Below are positions 32,580 through 42,903 of a stretch of 64,000 nucleotides of DNA, piece by piece. The position numbers were made by a program, and so were the translations under genes. The notes under the pieces are model-generated. The model saw nothing but the letters and a program-made list of their open reading frames with translations. It was not told the origin of the DNA and searched no databases. Within the stretch, counting starts at the first letter, position 1; each line of letters starts with the position of its first letter. The DNA comes from Planctomycetota bacterium (GTDB lineage: Bacteria > Planctomycetota > UBA1135 > UBA2386), in contig JAPYTD010000012.1 of the NCBI GenBank assembly GCA_029936315.1, positions 15,455 through 79,454 on the forward strand, in the 5' to 3' direction.

Positions 32580-35500
32580 CTAGAAGCGGAACGGGATCCG
32601 CAGGAAGTCGATCTGCGGGCGCGGGGTCGACGGGTTCAGCGCCGGCGGAACCGCGGGACCTGGCTTGTAGGCCATGTCGAACACAACATCCCATTGGATG
32701 TAGCGCGGTGCCCCGTTGGCGGCGATCCATGCCTGCAGGCCCGGGTCGTTCATGTCGCGAACGAACTCCTGCACGCTGGTTTCCGGGTAGCGCCCATTCA
32801 GGATGTCCGACGGATCGGGATCCTGGTGGAAGGCGAAGCCGATGCGCACGTTGGCGATCGGGGTCGGAACACCACCGACCTCGGAATAGGTCGGGCCGAG
32901 GCCTTCGGAGCCGTTGGTGAGGACCTTGAAGAACTTGGCGCGCACCTGCACGGCCGTGGCCTGAGTCGGCACGAGGCCAGCGGTCGGCTCAACGATCAGC
33001 TCATCGGCCGTGTGGCTGAGGATGCGGTAGCCGACGAGCACCGAGCCTGCCGAGTTGATGAGTTCCGCCTGGTAAGCCGTGTAACGGTCGGCTTCGCCGA
33101 GCACTGCGCTGGCGAGACGGATCCGGTAGGCGGGCTTGCCAAGGTAGGTGGCTTCGGTGTCGACCTCCAAAAGCGCGGTCGCCGAAACCGGTGTCGGGTA
33201 GCGCACGCGCACCGACTGGCCAACGACTTCGTAATCGACGTAGCCAGCCACGGAGCTGGCGGTGTCGGTGCCGGCAAACTCAAACGTCGGGCCGACTCGT
33301 GCGCCCGTTGCGGTTACCAGACCACGCGGAAGGCCGTCGGCCACCCCCATTCGGCGGCGCTGCGAAAGACCCGTGTCGATCCACTTCGAGCGAATGCGTG
33401 ACTTGGCGTTGAACGGAACCGGCAACAGGGTCGGTGCAGGGCGGAAATCGCCTTCGTTCGAGCCGATGTTGGTCGGGTTGCCGTCGTCGTCGACGAAGGT
33501 GCCGAGGGCGTTCGGGAAGCCGCGCCAGCCGAGCAGTTGGCGTTTGCGTGCCCCGAGCAGGTCGATGCCCGTTCCCGGGGTCGAGTAGGTGCCCGGCACA
33601 AGCATGCGAATGTTGTCGTCGAGGCGCGTGTTGGTGCCGTCGTTCAGGTTCTCACCCGGCGGGACCATCAGCTGCACGATGCCCATGCCGCCGAGACCAC
33701 CGAGCGGCTCGCCGTCGTAGCTCGAGCCAGCCAGCATGCCCTGACCATTGGGCTTGTACTTGTCTTGCATGTTGACCGAGCCGAAAGCGCCCGTCGTGCA
33801 GACGCCGCCATCCGCGGAGACTGCGAAGTCGTAGTCGTTGCCCGTGTAGGGGTGGGTCGGGGTCGAGGTCGTCGATGGCGAGCCGTAGACGAAGCGACCT
33901 TCGGTGCCGATGTTCGGGTTGCCGTGGGCTTCGATGTTGATGCCCTTGGCCGACATCAGGATGACCATGCCGCCGGCACCGCCACCGCCGCCACCGGCTT
34001 CACCGCAAGCGCCGACCTGCTCGCCGCCGCCACCGTTGCCGCCGTCGGCCTCGATCTTACCGGTCTGCGTGATCGTGATCTCTTGAAGTGCCTTGACGAT
34101 CAGCACGCCGGCGCCGCCGCCGCCGCCGCCGCCGCTGAAGTCGTTCGCCGGGTTGTTACCCGTGAGCGAGCAGGTCTGGCTGGGCGAGGTGTCCCCACCG
34201 CCGCCGCCACCGCCACCGCCGACTGGCGTGTTGAGCTCGCCGCTGATCCTCAGGTTGCGGTTCACGTCGATGCCGCTGCCCCAGAAATTGTTGTCCTGAC
34301 GGTTGTCCGTGAACAGCGCCGCGCCGGGCTCACCACCGTTGAGGAACTGCGTGCGGCTGGCACTCGTGCCGCTGCAGCCTGAGCCGCCGTAGCCGAGAAC
34401 CTGCTGGAAGGAAGTCGCACCAGCGACGTTCGGGTTGATGCCACTCGGGACGGCACCACGCCAGTTGAGGTCGCCTTGCGTGGCCATCGTGCCACCGCCG
34501 CCGCCAGAACCACCGCCACTGCCGTTGTAGCTTGAGCCGGTGTAGCAACCGCTCGTGCAGGCGAGGTAGCCGCCGCGACCGCCCCTGCCGGCAGCTTGCA
34601 GCGGGCCACGACCCGTGCCACCGCGAAGGTCACGCAGGGCCGCACTCGGGGTGCCGTCACCACCGTTGCCACCGCCACAGACACCAACACCGCCAGCCTT
34701 GGCGAAGTTCGCCGAATTGAGGGTGTCGACGCGAGCGCCAACGCCGCCACTGACGGTTAGGGTGCCAGAGACGGTGAAGGTGCCGCTGCAGAGCCAAACC
34801 ATCGGGTTCGGGCCAGTGCCGCGCACGGTCACGCCTTGCGGGATGGTGACGTTCTTGAAGTTGAACACGCCGCCGGCCACCGTGAACGGCAGGCCGATCT
34901 TCGGCACGACTTGGGTGAAGGACGTGTTGAGCACGACTTCTTGCGCGGTCGGCTCATACTCGAGATTGCTCGAGATGCCTTCGAAGGCGAAGCCGGCGCG
35001 AACGTAGCCTTGGCCGACTTCGGCCTGCGACTCCGGGAACGACGCGAGTGGGTCAATGTCCGACGTGGCGCCAAAGTCTTCGGCGATGCCGTTCCACTGC
35101 TGCTCGTAGGCGGTGTCCGTTGAGAAATCGCCGAAGACTCGGTTGAACGCCGGGTTGGCGAGGTTGTTCTCGCCGGAGATGTCTTCGACGGTCTGCTCGA
35201 CGATGACGCGAATGGTCGCGTTGTTCGGCAGCACACCGAGCGGACGCAGAGCCAGGGTCGCACCCGAGAGGTCGTTGCGCTCAAGCTCGACCGATGCCGG
35301 GATCCAGGTGTCGGTGCCGAGCTCCGGATCGTCGTACTCAAGGAAGACCCGGCCGCGATTACTGATGCTGCGCACCAACGGGTCAACATCCAGGCTAACC
35401 GGCACGTTGAGGTCGTTCGGGTTCAGTGCCTGGTCAAACTCCAGGCGCACTTCGAGCGGCGGCGTGCCGAAGAGGCCGAGCGGCACATCTTCGAGGCCAG

Positions 35501-36098
35501 CAGCCGTCGAGATCGACATTCCGGTGCGCCTTGGACCGCCCGGCAATGGGTTGCGGAACAACTGCGTCGTTTGGGTGCCTTCACGCGTCGAGAACTGGAA
35601 CGTCATCGGCAGTTCCAGGGCCCGCCCATTGGTGTCACGAAGAACTGTATTGTTGTTGGCTTCGCCGCCGACCAGTTGCACCAAGTAGGAACGGCCGGCC
35701 TTGAAGCCACCGTTCGTGTAGGAGTTGTTGGTCGCGAAGCGCGGCACAAACTGCAGTCGACGGCCAGGCTCAGAATCGCCTGGGCTCGTGCCAACCACGA
35801 AGTTGCCGACCACCAGCTCGGAGATTGGCTGGTTCTGCGGGTCGAGAGCCTGGAACGTCATCGTCGTCAGGCTCGCTGAGTCAGGGTCCACCTGATTCGA
35901 GAAGTCGATGCTGATTGGATCGTTCAGGAAGATTGTTGCGCCATTGACGGGTTCGGTCTTCAGGACGACGAAGTCGCCACCAATACCTCCACTGCCGATG
36001 GGTGCACCACCACTGCCGCCACACGCTGCGAGCGCGAGCAGAGAGAGTCCAAGTGGGAGGGAGAAAAATGCAGACGAGGCGGGTTCAGATCGCTTCAT
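32580..36098 (-). CDS. Giant (1172 aa) lipoprotein with N-terminal Ig-like domains and a central Gly-run/beta-strand repeat region; function unknown
   Basis: Signal peptide plus lipobox LLALAACGGSGG. An Ig-like segment reads FVVLKTEPVNGATIFLNDPISIDFSNQVDPDS. Polyglycine runs are G9 (PVGGGGGGGGGD), G7 (FSGGGGGGGAG) and G6 (EAGGGGGGAGG). The protein ends ...IDFLRIPFRF. Confidence 0.8.
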   Translation of the reverse strand: MKRSEPASSAFFSLPLGLSLLALAACGGSGGAPIGSGGIGGDFVVLKTEPVNGATIFLNDPISIDFSNQVDPDSASLTTMTFQALDPQNQPISELVVGNFVVGTSPGDSEPGRRLQFVPRFATNNSYTNGGFKAGRSYLVQLVGGEANNNTVLRDTNGRALELPMTFQFSTREGTQTTQLFRNPLPGGPRRTGMSISTAAGLEDVPLGLFGTPPLEVRLEFDQALNPNDLNVPVSLDVDPLVRSISNRGRVFLEYDDPELGTDTWIPASVELERNDLSGATLALRPLGVLPNNATIRVIVEQTVEDISGENNLANPAFNRVFGDFSTDTAYEQQWNGIAEDFGATSDIDPLASFPESQAEVGQGYVRAGFAFEGISSNLEYEPTAQEVVLNTSFTQVVPKIGLPFTVAGGVFNFKNVTIPQGVTVRGTGPNPMVWLCSGTFTVSGTLTVSGGVGARVDTLNSANFAKAGGVGVCGGGNGGDGTPSAALRDLRGGTGRGPLQAAGRGGRGGYLACTSGCYTGSSYNGSGGGSGGGGGTMATQGDLNWRGAVPSGINPNVAGATSFQQVLGYGGSGCSGTSASRTQFLNGGEPGAALFTDNRQDNNFWGSGIDVNRNLRISGELNTPVGGGGGGGGGDTSPSQTCSLTGNNPANDFSGGGGGGGAGVLIVKALQEITITQTGKIEADGGNGGGGEQVGACGEAGGGGGGAGGMVILMSAKGINIEAHGNPNIGTEGRFVYGSPSTTSTPTHPYTGNDYDFAVSADGGVCTTGAFGSVNMQDKYKPNGQGMLAGSSYDGEPLGGLGGMGIVQLMVPPGENLNDGTNTRLDDNIRMLVPGTYSTPGTGIDLLGARKRQLLGWRGFPNALGTFVDDDGNPTNIGSNEGDFRPAPTLLPVPFNAKSRIRSKWIDTGLSQRRRMGVADGLPRGLVTATGARVGPTFEFAGTDTASSVAGYVDYEVVGQSVRVRYPTPVSATALLEVDTEATYLGKPAYRIRLASAVLGEADRYTAYQAELINSAGSVLVGYRILSHTADELIVEPTAGLVPTQATAVQVRAKFFKVLTNGSEGLGPTYSEVGGVPTPIANVRIGFAFHQDPDPSDILNGRYPETSVQEFVRDMNDPGLQAWIAANGAPRYIQWDVVFDMAYKPGPAVPPALNPSTPRPQIDFLRIPFRF
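34113..34133 (-). repeat. (GGC)7 trinucleotide tract (GCC on the plus strand) encoding polyglycine
   Basis: Read directly: minus strand ttc agc (ggc)x7 gcc ggc gtg = FSGGGGGGGAGV. Two more imperfect GGC/GGT tracts lie at about 33975-34000 and 34197-34223. Confidence 0.9.
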
Positions 36099-36553
36099 TG
36101 GGATGACCTAGGAAACCATATCCTGGAATGGCGTGACAGGCGCAAGCGCAGCGAGGTAGCCGAACGAGTGCTACTTCGTAACTGCGATTGGCGTGCCCGG
36201 CATGTCTCGGAGGGCGAACAAATTGTGTTGGTCCGGGGCAACGCGGTCAAGTCGGTTCGATTGGGCTTTCCGCAGTGTTTTCGTTCTTGCGCGTCCCCGC
36301 TCGTGATTTGGAGCGATTCCGCTCTCAAGCGGGTCCCAACGACCCTTGGTATGGCGGGTCATATGAGGCGGGCGCGAGGCGCGGCTGGGAGGGGTTTTGC
36401 GCGGTATTGCGAGCGCGGCGAGATACGGCTGGTGGCGCCAGAGTTTCGGCTCGGATCACGATCCGCGTCAGGGTCTAACGCGGCGCCCGGCGTGCCACGG
36501 TGCAATGCTGCTGGCAAGAACTGGGTGATCCCATCCTGGGACGCGGCTGGCCG

Positions 36554-37180
36554 TTACTTCGTAGGGTCTGGTCTCGGCGGAGCCTGCTGTGGCCGCTGCG
36601 GCAAACCCGGCGTTGCTGTCGCACCAGGTGCGCCAAACTTGGTGGTGCGAATCGGCAGCGGAAACGTGTGCCTGGAATTGCCCTGCATCGTCGCACCGGC
36701 GGCATTTTCATCGAGCACGCGCGTCATGGCGATCTCATCGCACGCCAGAAACTTGGGGCAGTGCATGCAGTCGTTGAAGACCTTGTGCGGCAGTTCTTCG
36801 TGTTCGGCGATGACAAACGACAGCTTCTCGAAGAAGTCCGGCACATACGTGAAGGCGAACAGTCGGTTGATGCCGAGTCGTTCCGCATCCGTGACCAGCC
36901 AATCGACAATGGCACGGCCAATGCCGTGCTTTTGATGGGCGGGGTGCACGGCGAGCGAGCGGACCTCGGCGAGGTCTGTCCACGTGATGGCCAGTGCGCC
37001 GCAGCCGGCGAACGCACCGTCGACTTCGGCGATCGCGAAGTCGCGCAGGTTCTCGATGACGGACGCTGGCGAGCGCGGCAGCATCACTTGCTGCACGGCC
37101 AGCTCATTGACCAGAGTCAGGATCGCATCGGCATCGCGGGCGGTGGCCGGCCGAACGGTGACCTTTGGCGTGTCACTCAT
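36554..37180 (-). CDS. GNAT N-acetyltransferase, probable short-form N-acetylglutamate synthase, with a Pro-rich C-terminal tail
   Basis: Acetyl-CoA motif A is RSLAVHPAHQKHGIGRAIVDWL, and there is a C-terminal CMHCPKFLAC motif. The ATG (37180) overlaps the argH stop by 8 nt (ATGAGTGA). The last roughly 50 aa are P/G/T/A-rich low complexity. Confidence 0.7.
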   Translation of the reverse strand: MSDTPKVTVRPATARDADAILTLVNELAVQQVMLPRSPASVIENLRDFAIAEVDGAFAGCGALAITWTDLAEVRSLAVHPAHQKHGIGRAIVDWLVTDAERLGINRLFAFTYVPDFFEKLSFVIAEHEELPHKVFNDCMHCPKFLACDEIAMTRVLDENAAGATMQGNSRHTFPLPIRTTKFGAPGATATPGLPQRPQQAPPRPDPTK

Positions 37181-38647
37181 CGTTTTGCTCAACTGCGTCC
37201 GGCTCCATCGCCAGGTCGTCATAGTCGGGATCGAGGTCGTCGAACTCGTGGTAGCCCTCTGCCCATTCGGCAATCTGAATGCGCCAGCGTTCGACTTCGG
37301 CGCGCACCCGGTTGGGGGCGGTGCCACCGATGACGTTGCGGCGATTGAGCACACTTTCGACGGACAGAAGTTCGGCGAGGTCGCCGTCGAGTTGCGGTAG
37401 CAGTTTGTCCTGATCCTGCTTCGGCAATTCGTGCAGCTCGACGCCCAGCTCAACAGCGCGATTGACGGCTTGGCCGGCAATGCCGTGGGCATCGCGGAAC
37501 GGGACGTTTTGGGCGACCAAAAGATCGGCGAGATCGGTCGCGTTCAGGTAGCCGCGGTTGGCTTCGGCTGCGCAGTGTTCGACGTCGAAGTTGGCGTTCG
37601 CCACCGCGGTCGCCGCAACGATGAGGCATTGGTTGGTGGTGTCCAGCGCTGGCAGCAGCACTTCCTTGTCAATCTGCAGGTCGCGGTTGTAGCCGAGCGG
37701 CAAGCCCTTGAGCAGCGATAGCATCGACTGCAGTGAGCCTTGCACCTTGGCGGCCTGGCCACGGATCAGTTCCATGGCGTCGGGGTTGCGCTTCTGCGGC
37801 ATCAGGCTCGAACCGGTGGCGACAGCATCGCCGAAGCGTACGAAACCCGCCTCAAAGGAGGCGAAGAACACGTAGTCCTCAGCCAGCCTCGACAGATTGG
37901 TCATCGTCATCGTGCACGCGAACGCAACTTCGCACAGGTGGTCGCGCGCGGCGGTTGCGTCGAGGCTGTTGCGCGTTGGACCGTTTTGGAACTCGAGCTG
38001 GGCCGCCAGTTCGTCGCGGTCGATGGTAAACGCGGTGCCCGCCAACGCGCCGCTGCCTAGCGGGCACTGATCGAATCGGTTGTGGGCGTCGAGCAGTCGG
38101 TCGCGATCGCGCGACAGGGCCTCGACATAGGCGAGCGCGTGGTGGCCAATCGTGATCGGCTGCGCGCGTTGCAGATGCGTGTAGCCAGGCATTGCGTGCG
38201 CCGCATGCTGCGCGGCCTTCTCGACGAGCGTCAGGCACAGGCCTTCGATCGACTCGATCAAGCAGCCGACCCATTCCCGTAGGTGCAAGCGCATGTCGGT
38301 TGCGACTTGGTCGTTGCGGGATCGGCCCGTGTGGATGCGCTTGCCGAGGTCGCCAAGCTTGGCCACGAGTTGTTGCTCCACGAAGCTATGTACGTCTTCG
38401 GCATCGCTGTCGCCGGGGATGCCGTGCTCGTGCCACTGGCTTGCCAGGTCCTCGATGACGGCGGCGATCTTCTCGAAGTCTTCGTCGCTGAAGATGCCGG
38501 CGCCTACCAGCGCTCCGCTCCACGCCAGATTGGTCTCGAGGTCGGCAAATGCGAGCGTGATGTCATGCTCAAGGCTGTCCTGAAACGATGCGAATTGGGG
38601 GTCGAGTTCGCCTTCGAAACGCGCGCCCCACATCTTGCCGGAGTCAC

Positions 38648-38651
<4 letters not shown>
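37173..38651 (-). CDS. argH: Argininosuccinate lyase
   Basis: MWGARFEG, GRSRNDQVATD and the fumarate-lyase signature GSSLMPQKRNPD are present. Confidence 0.95.
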
Positions 38652-39874
<1,223 letters not shown>

Positions 39875-39893
39875 GTCAGTCGGTTGATGGGTC

Positions 39894-39910
39894 GTGCATG
39901 ATCATTGCAC
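39894..39910 (-). promoter_or_regulatory. ARG-box-like palindrome in the argF-argG spacer
   Basis: GTGCATGATCATTGCAC is an inverted repeat whose TGCAT...ATGCA-like half-sites resemble the operators upstream of argR. It sits in the only sizeable (47 nt) gap of the operon. Confidence 0.4.
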
Positions 39911-39921
39911 AGTGATGATCC

Positions 39922-40872
39922 CTAGCGGATCAGCAGCGCGAGCAGCGCCTTCTGCACGTGCAGTCGGTTCTCGGCGATGTCGTAGACGATGCTTTGGGGG
40001 CCATCCATGACATCCTGCGTTACTTCCCAGCCGCGGTGCGCTGGCAGACAGTGCATGAACAAGGCGTCGGGCTTGGCGCGTGCCATCATGGTCGAATCTA
40101 CTTGGTACGATGCGAACACGCCGTTGCGCTCTTCGATCTCGTCCTCCTGCCCCATGCTGGCCCAGACGTCGGTGTAGATCGCATCGGTGCCATCTGCGGC
40201 CGCCGCTGGATCGTTGAGGATCGAGATTTCGGCGCCCGTCTGCTGGGCAACGCGCATCGCTTCGTTGACGACGCGGGCGTTCGGCTCATATCCCTCTGGC
40301 GAGCAGGCGCGGATGTGCGTGCCTAGTTTGGCGGCCGTGTAAATCAGCGAATGGCACGTGTTGTTGCCATCGCCAACGTAGGTGATGGTGCGGCCGCGCA
40401 AGTCACCCCACTTCTCGCCCAGTGTCATGAAGTCGGCGAGGGCCTGGCACGGATGCACGAAGTCAGACAGGCCGTTGATGATCGGGATGTCGGCGTTGGC
40501 AGCCAACTCGTTGAGCACCTTGTGCTTGAACGTGCGCGCGACGATGCAGTCGACCCAGCGTTCGAGATTGCGCGCCATGTCCTTGACGGATTCGCGGGAG
40601 CCGAGCCGCGCATCGCGGTGGTCCATGAACACGACGCTGCCGCCGAGGTCCTGCATGCCGATGTCGAACGTGAACCGCGTGCGCAGCGAGTCCTTCTCGA
40701 AGATCATCGCCAGGCGTTTGTTGCGCAGGACCGCGGTGTGTTGGTCACGGCCGGCCTTGAGCACATTGGCGGTCTGGAAGACGTTGTGGATGTCTTCGGT
40801 GCTCAGGGCCGACGTGCACAGCAAGTTGTCGATGGACAGTTCCGGCAGAGGGAGGGTTGCATTGCTGGTCAT
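39922..40872 (-). CDS. argF: Ornithine carbamoyltransferase
   Basis: The carbamoyl-phosphate motif is FEKDSLRTRFTF (S-x-R-T-R). HPCQALAD, DVWASMGQE (ornithine SMG loop) and HCLPAHRG are also present. Confidence 0.9.
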   Translation of the reverse strand: MTSNATLPLPELSIDNLLCTSALSTEDIHNVFQTANVLKAGRDQHTAVLRNKRLAMIFEKDSLRTRFTFDIGMQDLGGSVVFMDHRDARLGSRESVKDMARNLERWVDCIVARTFKHKVLNELAANADIPIINGLSDFVHPCQALADFMTLGEKWGDLRGRTITYVGDGNNTCHSLIYTAAKLGTHIRACSPEGYEPNARVVNEAMRVAQQTGAEISILNDPAAAADGTDAIYTDVWASMGQEDEIEERNGVFASYQVDSTMMARAKPDALFMHCLPAHRGWEVTQDVMDGPQSIVYDIAENRLHVQKALLALLIR

Positions 40873-40874
40873 GG

Positions 40875-42065
40875 CTATTTTGCGGGTAGTGGGGAGAACG
40901 CGGCAAGGGCCTCGCGCAAGCGCTGCAGACCGTCTGCAACCTGTTCTTCGGTGATGACGAACGGTGGTACGATGCGCAGCACGTCGCCCTTGGTGCAGGT
41001 GATCAACAGCCCTTTTTTGTGCAGCGCCTGCTGCACTTCTTGAGCTGGTCGATCGAGTTGTAGGCCGAGCATCAGCCCGCGGCCGCGCACTTCTTTGACG
41101 ATCGTGAACTCGTTCTTGAGCATTTGCAGGCCGGCATGCAACTGCTCGCCGCGTGCGATTACTTGCTCTTGCAGCCCATTATCGAGTTCGTCGAGAAACA
41201 CCGACGCGGCGCGGCAGACGAGCGGGCCGCCGCCGAATGTCGTGCCGTGTTCGCCCGTTTGCAGCGTGTCCTTGTAGGCATCGCTTGCCAGGCAGGCGCC
41301 CATCGGCAGTCCTGCGCCGATTGACTTGGCCAGCGTTACGAGGTCCGGGGTTACCTCGTGATGTTGCGCCGCGAGGAACGAGCCGGTCCGGCCGCAGCCA
41401 CTCTGGATTTCGTCGTGAACGAGCAGCGTGTCGGTCTCCGTGCAGATCGCACGCGCGGCCTGTAGGAACTCGCGCGATAGCTCGCGCACGCCACCTTCCC
41501 CTTGGATGGGTTCGAGGAACAACGCCGCTGGCTGTCGTTCGCGGATGGTGCTTTGCAGTGCCCCGACGTCGTTGGGCGCGACCCAGTGCACCTCCAGCAA
41601 TGGTGCGAATGGTGCGCGATGGGCTTCGTTGTGCGTCAGCGAGAGCGCGCCCATGCTGCGGCCGTGGAAGGCTCCCTCCAGTGCCACAAACGACGTGCGA
41701 TGCGCGCTGCCCCGCACCTGCATTGCCTTGCGTGCGATCTTTATGGCGCACTCGACCGACTCCGCTCCGGAGTTGGTAAAGAACGCAGCGGCCATGCCAG
41801 TGTGCTGACAAAGTCTGGTTGCGACGCTTTCGGTGTGCTGGTGACGAAACAGGTTGCTCAGATGCACGACCTTGTCGAGTTGGTCGTGCAACGCTGCCGT
41901 CAGCCGTGGGTGGTTGTGGCCGAGTGCGCTGACCGCGATGCCGGACAGGAAGTCGAGGAACTCGCGGCCGTCGGCGGTTCGCACGACGGCACCAGCACCA
42001 TCGACGAAGACCTCGTCGGCACGCGCGTAAGTCGCCATGACGCCAGGTTCGATTGTATTAGCCAT
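40875..42065 (-). CDS. argD: Acetylornithine aminotransferase (class III PLP)
   Basis: FTNSGAESVE, LLVHDEIQSGCGRTG and DLVTLAKSIGAGLPMGA (PLP lysine) are present. Confidence 0.9.
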   Translation of the reverse strand: MANTIEPGVMATYARADEVFVDGAGAVVRTADGREFLDFLSGIAVSALGHNHPRLTAALHDQLDKVVHLSNLFRHQHTESVATRLCQHTGMAAAFFTNSGAESVECAIKIARKAMQVRGSAHRTSFVALEGAFHGRSMGALSLTHNEAHRAPFAPLLEVHWVAPNDVGALQSTIRERQPAALFLEPIQGEGGVRELSREFLQAARAICTETDTLLVHDEIQSGCGRTGSFLAAQHHEVTPDLVTLAKSIGAGLPMGACLASDAYKDTLQTGEHGTTFGGGPLVCRAASVFLDELDNGLQEQVIARGEQLHAGLQMLKNEFTIVKEVRGRGLMLGLQLDRPAQEVQQALHKKGLLITCTKGDVLRIVPPFVITEEQVADGLQRLREALAAFSPLPAK

Positions 42066-42903
42066 GTTGCAGTGCTCCCTGGTTTGTGTCTGGTTTGGCG
42101 AGTGCGAAGAAGCGGCTACCAGAGCCGTCGCGCAACGCGGCTAGCACGCAGTCGTCGCCCCTTGCCGGTGCGATCTTGACGATCGCATGCGGGTTTTCAT
42201 GCGCTGCCCGTTGTGCCGATTCGATCTTCGGTTGCATGCCACCCGAGGCGATGCCGGTGCTGATCAGTCGGGCGCAATCATGGTCGGTGAGCAGCGGCAT
42301 CAGGCGTCCCTGCGCATCGAGCACGCCGTCGACGTCGGTCAAGAACAGCAAGGCATCGCAATCGAACGCGTCGCAGAGCGGGCCCGCCGCGTGGTCGGCG
42401 TTGATGTTGAAGAACGGCTGATCGCTGTCGGGCTCGTTGTCTTGGTGGTTGCCCGGCGCCACCGTGGCGATGACCGGAACGAAACCGCCCTTCAGCAGCG
42501 ACTCCACCAGCTTGCCGTCAACGCGGTCGACGCTGCCGACGTAACCGAGATCGACACCAGGGCGCAGGAGTGGCTTGGCAGAAAACGTGCAGCCGTCCGC
42601 ACCAGTGATGCCGACGGCCGCAACGTCACTCTGTGAGAGCGACTGCACCAGGTTGCGGTTGACGAGTCCGCCGAGCACCATCAGCACGGTGTCGGCCGTT
42701 TCGCGGTCGGTGATGCGCAGACCTTCGTGGTAGCGGTGCTTTTGGCCGAGGGCCTTGCCCACGGTTCGGATCTGGTTGCCGCCACCGTGCACCACGATCA
42801 CCTCGTGTCCTTGCTGCTTTGCGCCGCGGATTGCCGCGCACAGTTGTTGGCGGGGGCCGGGCTGCTCAAGCTGAGCGCCTCCGATCTTGACCAGGATTCT
42901 CAC
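42058..42903 (-). CDS. argB: Acetylglutamate kinase
   Basis: ILVKIGGAQL, VIVVHGGGNQI, NINADHAAG and LLFLTDVDGV are present. Confidence 0.9.
   Translation of the reverse strand: MRILVKIGGAQLEQPGPRQQLCAAIRGAKQQGHEVIVVHGGGNQIRTVGKALGQKHRYHEGLRITDRETADTVLMVLGGLVNRNLVQSLSQSDVAAVGITGADGCTFSAKPLLRPGVDLGYVGSVDRVDGKLVESLLKGGFVPVIATVAPGNHQDNEPDSDQPFFNINADHAAGPLCDAFDCDALLFLTDVDGVLDAQGRLMPLLTDHDCARLISTGIASGGMQPKIESAQRAAHENPHAIVKIAPARGDDCVLAALRDGSGSRFFALAKPDTNQGALQHG

Noticed and set aside
33950-34230. GCC/GGC-rich periodic DNA that at first glance resembles a tandem repeat array
   Set aside because: It is in frame and encodes the polyglycine runs of the 1172-aa lipoprotein. There is no spacer-repeat organisation, so it is not a CRISPR or a non-coding satellite.
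36168-36935. 255-aa plus-strand ORF spanning the long leader and the GNAT gene
   Set aside because: It is Arg/Gly/Cys-rich, and its 3' half is antisense to the GNAT gene. No motif and no plausible start context.
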